Positions 24,880 through 36,954 of a stretch of 64,000 nt of DNA are shown here, one piece after another. Source of the stretch: Lytechinus variegatus (lineage: Eukaryota). The notes below the pieces were generated by a model that searched no databases, was not told the DNA's origin, and was given only the letters and a program-made list of their open reading frames with translations. The DNA lies in the NCBI RefSeq assembly GCF_018143015.1, contig NC_054742.1, forward strand, positions 16,118,441 to 16,182,440, given 5' to 3'. Position 1 is the first letter of the stretch. The number at the start of each line of letters is the position of its first letter. A program made the translations under genes and the position numbers.

Positions 24880-25165
24880 AAATTTTATATGGGACGTATT
24901 ATGGTATCACACTCCATGTCCGTCTGTCCGTCAACTTTGTAAATGCGATAACTTCAGTTTAACTCAACCTAGGCTCATATAATTTGGTGTGTATGATTCT
25001 AGCATGGATTCCAGGAAGCCTATTGATTTTGAGGTCAAAAGGTCAGAGGTCAAGATTACAGTGACATGTTTTCATCTTACCTTCTGAAGTCCTTGTTAAC
25101 GCGATAACTTTAGTTTAACTTTACCTAGGCTCATATAATTTTGGGTGTATCATAACTAGCTTAGA
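24880..25165 (+). repeat. Family-B element head (gggacgtattatggtatcac...gtccgtctgtccgtc...) plus about 1.5 units, in MRPL9 intron 1. Interrupted at 25165 by a TIR element.
   Basis: Direct comparison with 28160-28380 and 60600-60680 (rc). Confidence 0.75.
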
Positions 25166-26200
25166 TCCCAGGGGCCCGTTTCTCAACACCGTCATAAGTC
25201 TAACTTCTTGACTAAATCGGAGATAGTGGGCTACTTGTCTGCTAACTGTTTCACGAAATGTTTTCATCGGGTACAACAACCTCACTAAATATTTATGACA
25301 CCTCCGAACCTGTCATAACTTCTTAATGACGTAGTGGCATCACGTAGGTAGACTACATGTATGACATGCAAAAGTGCCGATAAATTTGAAAATTATAATC
25401 TTACGTAATCAATCATAGAGGTTGAAATTACATCCCAAAACAAGTGGGATAATGCATTCAATGATCACTGTAATACAAAGTAACTATGAAAACTGTTGGT
25501 AAAACGCCACAAAACCATTCATTTTGAAATAGTAAAATAATTTAATCGATGAAAATTCTACCATGTCAGGCCATCCATAACTGGACTTGTATTTGTAGTT
25601 TTCAGACCCTATTGACATTTGGATAAATTCTAATCTCTAATTTATGCATAGAATTTGTCAAATCGTAAGATTGGTATCAAAGATTTATAAAAAAAAATGT
25701 TAAACTATATTTTGATGATGTTTGGAATTGTAAAACATGGTATGATTATCATAATTTTACAAATAAAACCGTTATGGTTTACTTTCGTAAACTATTAAAA
25801 TTGGATATCCCGGGGTACCCATCTCAACGTCCACATGTGATTTTTTAGTCATGAAATAAATTATTCATAATTCTATTTTTCAGCAGTTGAATGCCCCAGT
25901 CTTCATGGTCTAAGTATGTATGATGCATAATTTACCCGTGCTATTATTTTTAAAAGATGTAATTCCCAATTCATCACAATATTTGTAATTTTGTCATAAT
26001 TTTTATTTTTGAAAATTATGCTATTTTGTAACTAAGGCTACATCTCGTCTGCTCTTTTTACCGATAATATCAATATCAAGGTATTTTAGTTAGGAAGCCT
26101 TTCGTGAAACAGGTTTAGTAAGATTGGAACTAACTCTGTGGTTTGTGGATAAAGATATGACTAACTTGTCCAGGTGTTGAGAAACGGGCCCCAGGTATTC
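25165..26200 (+). mobile_element. ~1-kb TIR element (TIR CCAGGGGCCCGTTTCTCAACAC) inserted into a family-B repeat. The B sequence resumes at 26196.
   Basis: Inverted termini at 25168-25195 and 26165-26195 read directly. Confidence 0.65.
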
Positions 26201-26682
26201 TATTGATTTTGGGGTCAGAAGGTCAAAGGAAAAGTTGCCACTTTCCACTTTTCTTGCTTGACCAATAAGTCATTTTCTGTGTTAAAGGCGGGAATTTTAT
26301 GTGCTCGCATCTTGTTAGAATAAGATTCTTGTAAATGATTTGACCTACATGTACTGCCTACAGAAGCAGGAGCCATTTCAATGGCAAATTATTGGATAGA
26401 GGGGTCTAGTGATGTAAAGTATTTATTTCTTTGGAGCTGTAGATTATTTTGGATAATTGTAATATCTCTATGTAGTGAAATAAACAATGATGGCCTTTTC
26501 TGTATAGCTGTATTTTCGTTGGGAGATTAATAGAGTTGTCTGGATTAATGCGGTTGAAATGCTTGTATTTTTGATTAACCAAATTGTTATATTTACACAT
26601 TATTTTGATCTCCCAGGGTGTTCAATGCAACTAGGTTTATTGTATATATGTTATTCATGTGACTTGTATGGATTTTTTTCAG

Positions 26683-26842
26683 ACTGTAGTTATAGTGCGC
26701 CGTCTTTTTCCACCACCTATTCCTAAACTTGGAAAGAAATACACTAGACCGAAGAAGAGCCATAAGGTTTATATCTTAGAAGAGGATACAACGCATCGAC
26801 CAAGGCAAAAGCTTAAACTTATTCTCAAAGATGATGTACCAA
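26683..26842 (+). CDS. MRPL9: MRPL9-like exon 2: TVVIVRRLFPPPIPKLGKKYTRPKKSHKVYILEEDTTHRPRQKLKLILKDDVP plus 1 nt.
   Basis: Aligns with human MRPL9 [50 protein letters not shown]. Acceptor tttttttcAG at 26681-26682. Donor GTAAGT at 26843. Confidence 0.8.
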
Positions 26843-28159
26843 GTAAGTTAAAGGAAATAATGATTTTTTTTTATATATATATTCAATTGAATTGAATAGT
26901 TTACATATTACAAAGATAAAAATATACAAAGCATAACAAAGAACATTATCAAGAAAACAAACAATTTTATAAAAAAAAACATACAATGGAAATGAGAAGA
27001 GATCATGAAAAAATTTGAAAATAATTCACATGATCCCAATTAACATTAAGATAAGACTTAACATAATAAATACATTCAGAGATTTTTAGAATTGGTTAGA
27101 GATTGATTTTAAAAGAATTGGGAAAAGAAGAAAACAAAAATTATGTATCTGTATTTTGTTTAGCAGTAAATAGTCCTCAACTTCCATAAATTTAAGAGAG
27201 TTTAATGAGTTCTATTGTTTTTAATGTTACCTGGTATGTTATTTCAGAGAAGTGGCCCTCTACATGTTTCAATCGATCTAAAAAGGAGGTATGACCATGA
27301 TTGACTTGATAATCTTATCTGATTCATGTATCATGAATATGAATGCTTTTGTGTCTTACAAAGCTAGAATCAAATACATGAAAATACCCAAATTGTAGTT
27401 GTGGAGTTATATACATTTTGACATTAAGAATATGAAGTTTTTTGAAAAATATAAAAACAGGTTCAAGGATGCAACTAATCTATTAGCAAATACTGGTATG
27501 TGTGATGCAAGTCATGTTCCAGCTGTGCATTATGGATGCATCATTTTCACCTCTTACTGTGCACTTGAAACCGAGTTGCCATGAAATATTCTTTCTTTAA
27601 GGAGAATGGTATCATTGAATAGATTTGATGTGCTTCCTCAGATACACTTCATACTATCCACATTGTATGCTTGTGATATGGGGTTTGTGCTATCAGAGGA
27701 AATTTTGAGGAATTTCATTAAAGTCTTAAGGCTAGGTCCCACTGCACGTATGGATGCAGAGAAGATGGAATAGGGAAAACAATCTTGCCATCCATTTGAA
27801 AATGTTATGTATCCGTCGTGTACTCTTTGCATACATGTTTCATACGCTCCAGATATAATATCCACTGAGCATCCGTCCACTGTGATTAAATTGTTCACCC
27901 ATTTTGTCCATTGTCTGGAGCGGATGGAGCAACCACGAAATTTTGCTTGGCCACTGTATCCATTATGAATACGTTTTGTGTCCGTCGGCCAGTGGGACCA
28001 GGCCTTTACTAACCAACATTTCCAAATTGAATATTTCACAGGTTTGACAGTGGGGTCTGCATAGCAAGTAGCAGGTATTTTTGTTATTGCGGCATCTTTC
28101 ATTGTTATTGAATTAACAAAAAAAAATTTGTTGGAATTTTTATACACCCGTCCTAAGGA

Positions 28160-28380
28160 TGTATTATGGTATCACGCTTGGTGTCTGTCCGTTAACTTTT
28201 CCTTGTAAACGCGATAACTTCAGTTTAACTTAGCCTCGGCAAATGTAATTTGGTGTGTATGATACCAGCATGGTTCCCAGGAGGCGTATTGATTTTGAGG
28301 TCCATAGGTCAAGGTCACACTGACATGTTTTCATCTTACCTTTCTGAAGTCCTTGTTAATGCGATAACTTAATATAACTT
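28160..28380 (+). repeat. Family-B head plus 1.5 units. This is the left half of the B copy that was split by the Penelope-like insertion.
   Basis: Direct reading. Confidence 0.75.
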
Positions 28381-28619
28381 CTGAAGGGTTACGTGGCGAA
28401 GAAGAATAGTATAGTAGGTTTCACGGTACACCATGTATCTTTCTTTGGCAAGTGTTGGTCCTGAAAAGGACCACCCAATCTCGATATTTCGACAAGTGTG
28501 TTCTTGTCGTCCTCAGGAGAATGAGCAAAGGTTTGTAAAATCAGGCCTTGTATACTCTGTCGAAGTGCCGTCTGCATGGTATCTCGCAGGGTACATGTGT
28601 CTGATTGGCTAGAAAAGTC

Positions 28620-28700
28620 ACATGACATCCAGTGGCGTAGGGGACGGGGCCCGAATTATATAAACCTATATCAGTCACTTCTTAATTTTATTCTTATAAA
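28620..28700 (+). mobile_element. Fragment of the CCAGTGGCGTAG...GGGGCCCGAATTATAT...TATATCAGTCACTTCTTA repeat family, also at 18300-18540.
   Basis: ~80-bp match to 18440-18520. Confidence 0.6.
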
Positions 28701-29990
28701 ACAACATATGAAATATCTCCCTGTGCTGTCCTCGTAATCTTTGTATCAAGAAAGGGGATAGACCCCTCATTCTCCATTTTCATGGTGAACTTGATTCACT
28801 CGTGTTGAGAGTTTAGGTGCTGTAAGAAATTGCTAGTTTCCTCAGCTCCGTGTTGCCAAACCATGAAAGTGTCGTCCACATATCTAAGACACACTTTGGG
28901 TTTGTGGGTTGCTGACTGGAGAGCCGTTGCCTCGAAGTGTTCCATGAACATGTTTGCTACTACTGGGGACAGGGGAGACCCCCATGGCAGCCCCCTCCGT
29001 TTGCCTGTAGAATGTGTCTCTCCATCTGAAAGAGGTGGATTTGAGGCACATCTCAAGCAGGTCATGGATCTCTAGAGGAGACAACTGTGTCCTGTCGGAG
29101 AGTTCTGTCAAATTTCAATCTCTCAAGGATGATGGCGCAAGCATCCTTGTACACTGGTACACTTGTGAAAAGTGGCTCAACATCAAAGCTGATCTCTGAT
29201 GAGGAGGTCATTGTTAGAGATGGTCGTCTGACAGATCTGCTCAACGAAATGTTTAGAGTTTCTCACGTGATGTACGCCGTGACCAACAAGAAGCTGTAAG
29301 ATGCTAGTCAAATGTTGAGCCAGGGCGTACGTGGGAGATCCTCTAGTAGACACAATAGGTCTGAGTGGAGTGTCTGGTTTATTAATCTTCGGTTGCCCAG
29401 AGATTATTGGACATAGACCAGACGAGCTCCGGAGTTGTTGGTAAAGGGGTCTAGATAAGACATCCTTCCTCTGGAGAGAGAGGAGCTTATCGTTAACCCT
29501 ACGTTCGATGGCCGGTGTGGGGTCTCTAGGAAGTTTCCTATAGGTCCCCGAATCCAGTAGTCTTTGAACCTTGGTCTCATAATCCAATCTGTCCATCACA
29601 ACAGTAGCATTACCCTTGTCTGCCTTGAGAATATGAATGGAATTATCTTCTCGGAGACTAGCAAGGCCTGACTTCTCGGCTTTGGTGAGGTTGGGCCGAG
29701 GTTGGTTAACCGAAGTCAGTACTTGTGAGATTTGGATACGAAATGTGTTTGATTGAGACCAAGTAAGATTTCTGAGGCTAGGTTCAATCTTCTGGATGAT
29801 TTCTTTTCGGTGAACTTGCTTAACCTTATGTTCGTTCTCATACAACTGACATTGACTGAGGTTGACAACAGTTTTGCTAGGATGCAAGTTGCGTCTAGGC
29901 TGGCGGTTGTGTCTCGGCTGGCGGTAGTGTTTCGGCTGGTGTTTGTTGAAACGGGAAGGACGGATCAGTTTCTCAAACTTCCTCACTTGT
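28700..29990 (-). pseudogene. Degenerate reverse-transcriptase ORF of the Penelope-like element. Split over at least three frames (listed ORFs 29183..29986, 28884..29111 and 28796..29065, all minus strand).
   Basis: Recognisable RT motifs through the YVDD box, but frameshifted. Ends in stops before any endonuclease domain. Confidence 0.7.
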
Positions 29991-30964
29991 TTGGACTGAG
30001 TTGTCTAGAAAACAAAGTGGCTAGAAGATTTGATGAGACGATTGATTTTACCCCAATCATTGCTCGAGGGCTTTGACTTAAGGTATTCTTCTGATGTTTC
30101 AACACAAGGTTGAAGTTGTCTGAGCTGGTTATGGACGTATCTGATCCTCTCTCTGATGAGAATCTCAGAAGCATGTCTACGAACCTGCTCCGCTCGTCTG
30201 GAACGGACAGGTGCATGGAGTACCAATCCGCGGGGGATAACCCCTGAATACCTGCACCTTTTGAGAAAGGTGAGGTGGTTGACAAATCTGGCTTCTTTGA
30301 TCTTGTTCCGCTGTAGTCTTCTGGAACGATATAACTTCTGAAAGTTTCCATGGCGAAGAAGAATAGTATAGTAGGTTTCACGGTACACCATGTATCTTTC
30401 TTGGGCAAGTGTTGGTCCTGAAAAGGACCACCCAATCTCAACGTTTCGACAAGTGTGTTCTTGTCGTCCTCAGGAGAATAAGCAAAGTTTGTAAAAGCAG
30501 GCCTTATCTATATACTCTGTCGAAGTGCCGTCTGCACGGTATCTCGCAATGTACATGTGTCTGATTGGCTAGAAAAGTCACATGACATCCACATGTGCGG
30601 ACGTGGGTGACAACACACAAAATTGGGCGCGCAAAACCAGCGACGACCGGAATTGCCGTCAGTTGTCATTCCCGCTAGGATTAGCATGAATGACAAAAGT
30701 CACCACTTTCGTCGTGCACTGCAATGCTCACACATGTGTAGAAAGTTTCGGTAGGCTAATTAGGCAAATTAGCCTCTTTGTCTAGAACGGTAAGCCAGAT
30801 GTTGCTAAGTTGGAGGCTGCTGTCTTGAGGAACAGTGTTATGTTCCTCAATCTCCAACGCTTCTCTGACTCTCTGCTGATACCAGTAGGGGACACGGGTG
30901 ACCAGTCTACTCTCATCCCAAAGGATCCAGTGATCGTGCATATGAGCAAGTACATGGTGTACCA

Positions 30965-31190
30965 TGAAACCTATTGCACTGCGATAACTTTAGTTGAACT
31001 TAACCTAGGCTCATATAATTTGGTGTGTATGATACTTGCATAGATCACAGGAATTCTATTAATTTTGAGGTCAGAAGGTCAAAGGTGAAGTTGCCACCTT
31101 CCAATTTTCTTGCTTGACCAATAACTCCATTTTCTGTGTTACAGGTGAGCGTATTATGTGCTCGCCTTAGCGACACTCTTGTTCTTGTTG
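30965..31190 (+). repeat. Family-B tail (resumes at gcgataactttagttgaactt, the same ~20-bp stretch that closes the left half at 28360-28380), ending ...gagcgtattatgtgctcgcc. This is the right half of the split B copy.
   Basis: Direct reading. Matches 26196-26320. Confidence 0.75.
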
Positions 31191-31418
31191 CTAGAATGAT
31201 AAGACAGGTTTACATTTCCAGAATTGCTTCTGTTTAAATTTCTACAGAGTGCCTCTCAGAGGTTGCCGAATTCTGTTATAATGAACAAAGGAGAAATTAA
31301 TGATTAAATTTAATTGGTTTTTCTTCAGTAAAGAACTTATAAATCTGTTGTCTCATTTTGATATTCACTACCCTTTGTTGTAACCTGATTGCTTTCTAAT
31401 TCCATCTTCCCATTGCAG

Positions 31419-31543
31419 AGATAGGTAACCGAGGAGAAGTGGTAATGGTTGACAAGAGAATAGGTAGAAACAAACTAATACCATCAGGTGCTGCAGTCTA
31501 TGCTTCCCCAGAAAACATTCAAGAATTTGCAATGACAATGAAG
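31419..31543 (+). CDS. MRPL9: MRPL9-like exon 3 (ribosomal L9 N-domain): (K)[41 protein letters not shown].
   Basis: Matches human [32 protein letters not shown] and the bacterial L9 N-domain motif GD.V.VK.GYARN.L.P.G.AV. Acceptor cattgcAG at 31417-31418. Donor appears to be a GC-type AG|GCAAGT at 31544. Confidence 0.8.
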
Positions 31544-31933
31544 GCAAGTTGAATACAAAAACAAAACCTCACCAAGGAATAAATGTTTTTCAATTCTTGT
31601 TGTTATGTTGTGATACAAGTAATATATTCTAATTATGTATTAGCACATGTTTGGATTACATGTATGAAATAGGTTATACTAAGAGATTAAAGAACTTTAT
31701 ACATAAACAATATTAGCAGTAATAGTTGGGTGATTAAAAACTTTGTTACTTGTGGGGTTTTAAGGTTATCAATTTATATGTTACTTCATTGAATTGTCTT
31801 TCATCTTATAGTGGTAACAAAGCTGTTGCAGTATTGAAATAAAAGCAGGGACATTTATTTTGGTGAAAATGAGAATGATGAAGTTTGATATAACATCAAG
31901 TAATCTTGTTTTTGCATTGTAAATTTGATACAG

Positions 31934-31987
31934 AAAGAGAAGGAAGAGTCAACAGATGAAGGAAGATTATCTCCAATGGCAATGAAG
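31934..31987 (+). CDS. MRPL9: MRPL9-like exon 4 (KEKEESTDEGRLSPMAMK), a short linker exon.
   Basis: Phase-0 exon between acceptor tttgatacAG (31932-31933) and donor GTAATT (31988). Charged linker comparable to human EEEKLLRQEGKLEKIQTK. Weakest of the MRPL9 exons. Confidence 0.5.
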
Positions 31988-32475
31988 GTAATTAGAACAT
32001 ATAAAGCATTCATATCCCCATTTGCTAATGTTAGAGATAAGCAGACCCTTTCATACATGAAGATGCAATATGGAGCAAAAATTAATTCCTTTATGTGATC
32101 AGTTAGTTTGCTTCATTGCAAGTCTCCCACAAAATTGATTCAGGTAAAACGAGTGCTTTGTCTTGTGGACTAAGGTGGTGTTGGATGTTCTAGATGCATG
32201 TTGGTCAAGTTGGTACAAGACTTTACAATTACAAATGTGATTGCTTTGGTGTGAGTGGAGATTCAAATAATTTGAAATACTAGACAAAGTGGTTTTTGAA
32301 AGAAAAGAATAGATAACTATGCACAAAATTGGCAAAATTAATGAATGTATTCATTCCATATTGACATGCAATAAATAATCTAGTATATCAAGGGTTAATG
32401 CATAAAAGATGACTGACATTCTGTGTTTATTCAGTACATGTATTTTTGTATGTGTTGTGTATTTCTCATTTAAAG

Positions 32476-32580
32476 ACAATCAAGCACCTACAGAAGAACA
32501 TGTTAGAAGTCAGAATGCATGCAGACTCTGAATGGACAGAAGTTACTAAGGATCATGTGATTCATGCCTTCAGACATAGA
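32476..32580 (+). CDS. MRPL9: MRPL9-like exon 5: TIKHLQKNMLEVRMHADSEWTEVTKDHVIHAFRHR.
   Basis: Aligns with human [35 protein letters not shown]. Acceptor tcatttaaAG at 32474-32475. Donor GTAAGC at 32581. Confidence 0.75.
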
Positions 32581-33608
32581 GTAAGCATCCATCCTACTCC
32601 CTTGAATAAACATGTCAGACACATGTAGGGCTTCACAAAATCACTTGCCCAGGGCAGTGAAAAGGATGTGCAAGCATTTCTCAAATTCACTTGCCTGACA
32701 GGACAAGTGATAAAAAAAAACTTGTATATGCCTACTGTGTTTATCACCAGCAAAATACCATGCCAGAGGGTAGACACAGCAGATGCATCTAGGCAAGCAT
32801 ACCCAGATTTTGCCAACTAGGAAAATGTATATTTCACACATGATTTTGAAGAGTTCGGTGAACAGTTCCTTGTAACATTACCTAATATTAATGATAATTT
32901 GCTGTTGACGGGTCATACACAAGTGATATTCTTATGTCAAATATTTAAAATATAAAATAATTATATAATATTGACTGGCCTTGAGGGGAACATCAAATAT
33001 ATTGCCAGCAAATGAATCATATTGGCCCGAGTCTTTAGACGAGGGCAATATGGGTCATTTAAGAGCAATATATTTGATGTTCCCTGAAAGAAGAGCCAGT
33101 CAATATTTTATATTGTCATCCAAATCAGATATCTAGAGCAAAAATCATGATAATGGGGATATTTCTTTTAAAAATAGAGTTCTGCACTTAACCATTATTA
33201 CGTACTTGCAAGCGCTCGGATTCAGCGTTGTCTTTATTATGACGTATATTGTTGGTGGGCGGATCATTATGAAGCATCCACAAATGCCCGGATGTGAGAC
33301 CAGGGAAAATACAAAGGTATATTTTGCTTCGTCTCTGCATGCAAAGTAAATACGCGCATTGAGACCGAGGAAAATACAAACAATATACCTACCCTTCCCG
33401 ATATTCAGAAAATGTAGGGCAATACGGTTTTGTAAATGACCAGCTCAGATGTCTGATACGGGTGATAATGTTTTTTATGTGATCTAAGGATTGGGCCAAT
33501 GTGCCAGATAAGAGAAAAAAATTATATTTGGATTTTAATTTGAGCTTTGTAGGTTTTATCATTTACAGCTATCTAGGAAAACATGTAATTGTCTTGTTAT
33601 CCTTATAG

Positions 33609-33692
33609 CTTGGTGTTGTTGTGGCTGAACATGCTCTGAAACTACCAGATGAAACCATTACCAAATGTGGCACATATCCATTGGAAGTTACT
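33609..33692 (+). CDS. MRPL9: MRPL9-like exon 6: LGVVVAEHALKLPDETITKCGTYPLEVT.
   Basis: Aligns with human [29 protein letters not shown]. Acceptor ccttatAG at 33607-33608. Donor GTAAGT at 33693. Confidence 0.85.
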
Positions 33693-33711
33693 GTAAGTAC
33701 TCTAAACACAT

Positions 33712-34160
33712 GAGTTCTGGAGGGTGTTTCACAAAAGTGTGAATTAGGCCCTTCTCACACTATGCGATACAATTTTTCAATAAATCACATTTTGCAAGTA
33801 TGAAAGTTCCAAGAAGTAAAATTATTTCATTTAAAGTTTGGCATATTGTTAGGAAAACTAAAATCATATTTTTTACTTTGTTGCAAGCTATATGGTCAGA
33901 GTAAAGTCCGGCTTCAAGTCGCAGCTGATGACGTCATTACACTTTTGAATTGAATTTGTTTTTATTCATTCAGGGAGTGTCTAATGGATTGAATTTTTTA
34001 TTTCAATAGTTCTGAACTCTGATCTGTAATATTTTATTAGTTGGAACATCCATATCAAATGTTATCACGATTAATTTAAAATTCGGATCGCAACGAATTG
34101 CATAGTGTGAGACGGGCTTTAGAGTCGCAATTAAATTCCCAGTTGCGTACCGGTTAGCAG
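33712..34160 (+). mobile_element. Putative MITE bounded by inverted CCC(T/G)TCTCACACTATGC termini (33745-33775 versus 34090-34125).
   Basis: Inverted repeat read directly. Boundaries approximate. Confidence 0.4.
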
Positions 34161-34339
34161 ACATCACCACATTGGTCAGATAATGCGCACAGGACGCGCA
34201 CTCCATCAGTCAGATTGTGCCCTGCATATCATGTGCGTGTCAACAATTAATTTCGGCTTAAGGCATACCTCAATCTTTGTGAAATTACCCCCCCCCCCCG
34301 TTCTTCTAGATTTAATAGCAATATTTATGCCCCTGCCAA

Positions 34340-34920
34340 ACAAAGTTTGAAGGGGGTATATAGGAATCTGTTGCAAATTGTGCACATTGAATCACTTCCT
34401 TAGTTTGTAACCAATTCTCATGCTACTTGGAACACATATTGTAAGATACATTTTTTGTATGTGTCGACAATTTTCTTGCCATGGTAACGGTATATTTTGG
34501 CAAAAATGAGGTAGAAATATTGCAGTTAAAACTACTTCCTCTGTTTTTAACCAATTCTCATGAAATTTGGCTCACACATTGGTATTGATGTAAAGACATA
34601 TTTTTTGTGTGTACTAGAAATTGTGTTGACATTGTAACAATGTATGATATTGCAAAAATTGGGTAAAAAACTTTCAGTTTTATTTGCATCATCATTTTTC
34701 AACTAATTTTCATGTTGATTTTGATGTAAAGGGTGCGAGACACATATTTTGTGTGTCGGAAATAGTGTTGCCATGGTAACAACATATGCCCCACATTAGG
34801 TGAAAATCTATTGGTTCAAACTACTTGATCCGTTTTCAACCAATTCTCATGATATTCTGTTTGCTCACACAGGTTTTGGGGTAAAGATGGCAAGACATAT
34901 TTATTGTAATGGCATAGGGC
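34340..34920 (+). repeat. Tandem repeat, ~118-bp unit x about 5 (...accaattctcatga...tgatgtaaag...atattttgtgtgtcg.caatt...gccatggtaac...), in MRPL9 intron 6.
   Basis: Periodicity read directly. Confidence 0.8.
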
Positions 34921-35223
34921 GCAGGTATCACCTTCAGTGATAGTTCAAGTTATTATTCAAAATCAATATTTTATCTTTGATATCATTGTGAAAAGACATG
35001 TTTTCAGTTTCATTTCCAGAGCTAGATATGGAAACAATACATGTACTTACTGAAGGAAAACAAAAAAACAATAAAGTGTCACAAGATTTACCATGGATGT
35101 CTTTCAAAACTAAGGAATATATGTAGACATAAAAAATGGTAAATATGATAATCAGAAAGCAGTACTAGAAATGTTATTCTTAAGCAGTACTAGAAATGTT
35201 ACATGAAAATTTTGACAGCCTAG

Positions 35224-36319
35224 CTTCTCTTATACCCCCATTACACCAACGCTACGTCCATGCAGCTCTCGCTACGTCAAAGAAAAATGACCATGACGCA
35301 GTGGGAACTGCTGCAGCGTACTGAGAGCGTAGCGAGAACTGTTATTGACGTGGCATAGCCTTCATGATCTCCGGAGACAAATTTTCCACCACGTGGACTT
35401 TGAACATGTCCAAAGTCCGCGTAGTGGAAGCGCCGTCTGAACCAAGCGTAGTAATGACGCAGTAAAGACCTACCAACAGCTTTATAGACGTAGCGGACAC
35501 CACACGAAAGTGGCAACAACTCTGTCCATGTCTACTGTACTGCCACTACGCGGCCACCACGTAAACTCGGTTGGCTCTACGTCCAAATAAACGAAGGTAC
35601 AAAAAGTCGCGCAATCTGCTGGATGTAGTCGGAACGTAGCGGGAACCGTTTTGACGCAACCGATTGAACCGGCTCTGCGCGCAGAATGAACTTAGTGGGC
35701 ACACCACACTAGGCCCGGTTTGAAAGTCCATTTTTGATGCACGTGTACACGGCGTGTTTTTCGGTCGTGTACACGTCGTAAACACTGAGTGTACGGTACA
35801 GTATGCAAATTGCGCATCCAACGAACGTCGGCGCTAACTAGGGCCCTGCACTGACCGGAGCATACCAATTTCGTGTGGTACAAAAACTTGAGTCTCCAGA
35901 ATAAATGTGGATTAAATCGGCGATTTTGGAAGTAAACTCACTCTAGGTTAATTTAAATATATTGACATATTAGTGATTAAAACATGTGCAGTGTCTTTGA
36001 ACTAAGAATTAATGTGGACTGTGAGTTTGTTCACTGACTTTGCAGTCCCACGCAAGCTTTATGCAGATGTTACCGTGTACACGGTGATGGAATTTAGTAC
36101 ACGTGCACTGACTTGACCGTGCGTGTACACGTGTACCCGAAACGGGCCTACACCACACACGCAGCATAAACGTCACAGTAACGTGATGCGGACGTAGCAC
36201 GCACGTGACAATTTCACATCTATCGAGAAATTCAAACAAAGTTGACACCACGTCCCAGGGTTTCTTCTGAACTTCAAGAACGTAGCGGGAACTTCGTCTG
36301 GTGTAATGGGGGTATTAGA
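35224..36319 (+). mobile_element. ~1.1-kb non-autonomous DNA transposon in the last MRPL9 intron. TIR (TA)CCCCCATTACACCA ... TGGTGTAATGGGGG(TA). Subterminal GCTACGTC/CGTAGCG repeats. GC-rich interior.
   Basis: TIRs read directly at 35226-35245 and 36300-36319. Possible TA target duplication. ORFs 35277..35519, 35546..35821, 35692..35883 and 36009..36251 (all minus strand) are internal and have no recognisable homology. Confidence 0.7.
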
Positions 36320-36382
36320 TGTTAAAATGGATGCTGTTATTCTGCTGACAACATTGTATTATCATGTATCATTTCCTCACAG

Positions 36383-36484
36383 ATCAATGGCATTGAAACA
36401 GTTCATGTGGAGATGGAGGTTATCAACTTCTTGCCAAAGAGGAGAAGAACTCAAGAATCAGAAGGGAGTCGAGAAGATGAATGA
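36383..36484 (+). CDS. MRPL9: MRPL9-like terminal exon: INGIETVHVEMEVINFLPKRRRTQESEGSREDE, stop TGA at 36482-36484.
   Basis: Aligns with human [26 protein letters not shown]. Acceptor tttcctcacAG at 36381-36382. The listed ORF 36306..36518 is in a different, non-homologous frame. Confidence 0.75.
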   Translation: MNGIETVHVEMEVINFLPKRRRTQESEGSREDE

Positions 36485-36954
36485 TATTGAATCAAGAAAA
36501 AAAAAACATTGCCCTTAAATCTGTGTTAACCATATGCAATCATTATACCTGACAAAGATCCTTGTTTGGGAAAGCCATATCCTTTATATCCCTTGCTTCT
36601 TTCTTGGTCAGGGATATGACCAAATAGCCTTCAAGCAAGCTATAAAATACCTGTTAAATGACCCTGAGCAACACACACCCTCAACCACAGCTAGGGGCCA
36701 CACATGAGAAACTAGAGAGGCTCCTCTGCCAGCTTGTACATGTATGCTCTCATTTCTATTCCCCTATTTTCCTTTTTTCCAAAGTAGATTACTTTTTTGC
36801 TTGAAATTACAAACGGGTAAGCATTGAAATGCTTAATACAAATGTTTCTTAAATTCTTGTTAAAACTAGAATTGAATTCACTCAGAATTATCTAGCACAG
36901 CCAGAAATCTGTGACATGCTCTTACCATACATAACAGTTATTGTTGTCATTAAG

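Larger units (their letters stand above)
28381..30965 (-). mobile_element. Penelope-like retroelement (PLE) partial tandem: [GIY-YIG-like C-terminal tail plus 3' region, 30965-30600] [~250-bp direct repeat, 30598-30345] [N-terminal region plus reverse transcriptase, 30340-28700, frameshifted and 3'-truncated] [second direct-repeat copy, 28636-28386].
   Basis: RT motifs on the minus strand: KADKGNATVVMDRLDY, ISGQPKINKPDTPLRPIVS (compare GLPKIHK...PLRPIVS), FRWRDTFYRQTEGAAMGSPLSPVVANMFMEHFE, RYVDDTFMVWQHG. The tail reads ...WYQQRVREALEIEEHNT. Direct repeats are about 90% identical. A ~20-bp duplicated B-repeat sequence lies at the junctions. Confidence 0.65.

Noticed and set aside
27638-28147. 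169-aa ORF (- strand), the longest intact ORF in the MRPL9 intron 2 area.
   Set aside because: No recognisable domain. It sits between repeats, and the composition (W/C/Y-rich, no conserved motifs) gives no homology support. Left uncalled rather than asserted as a gene.
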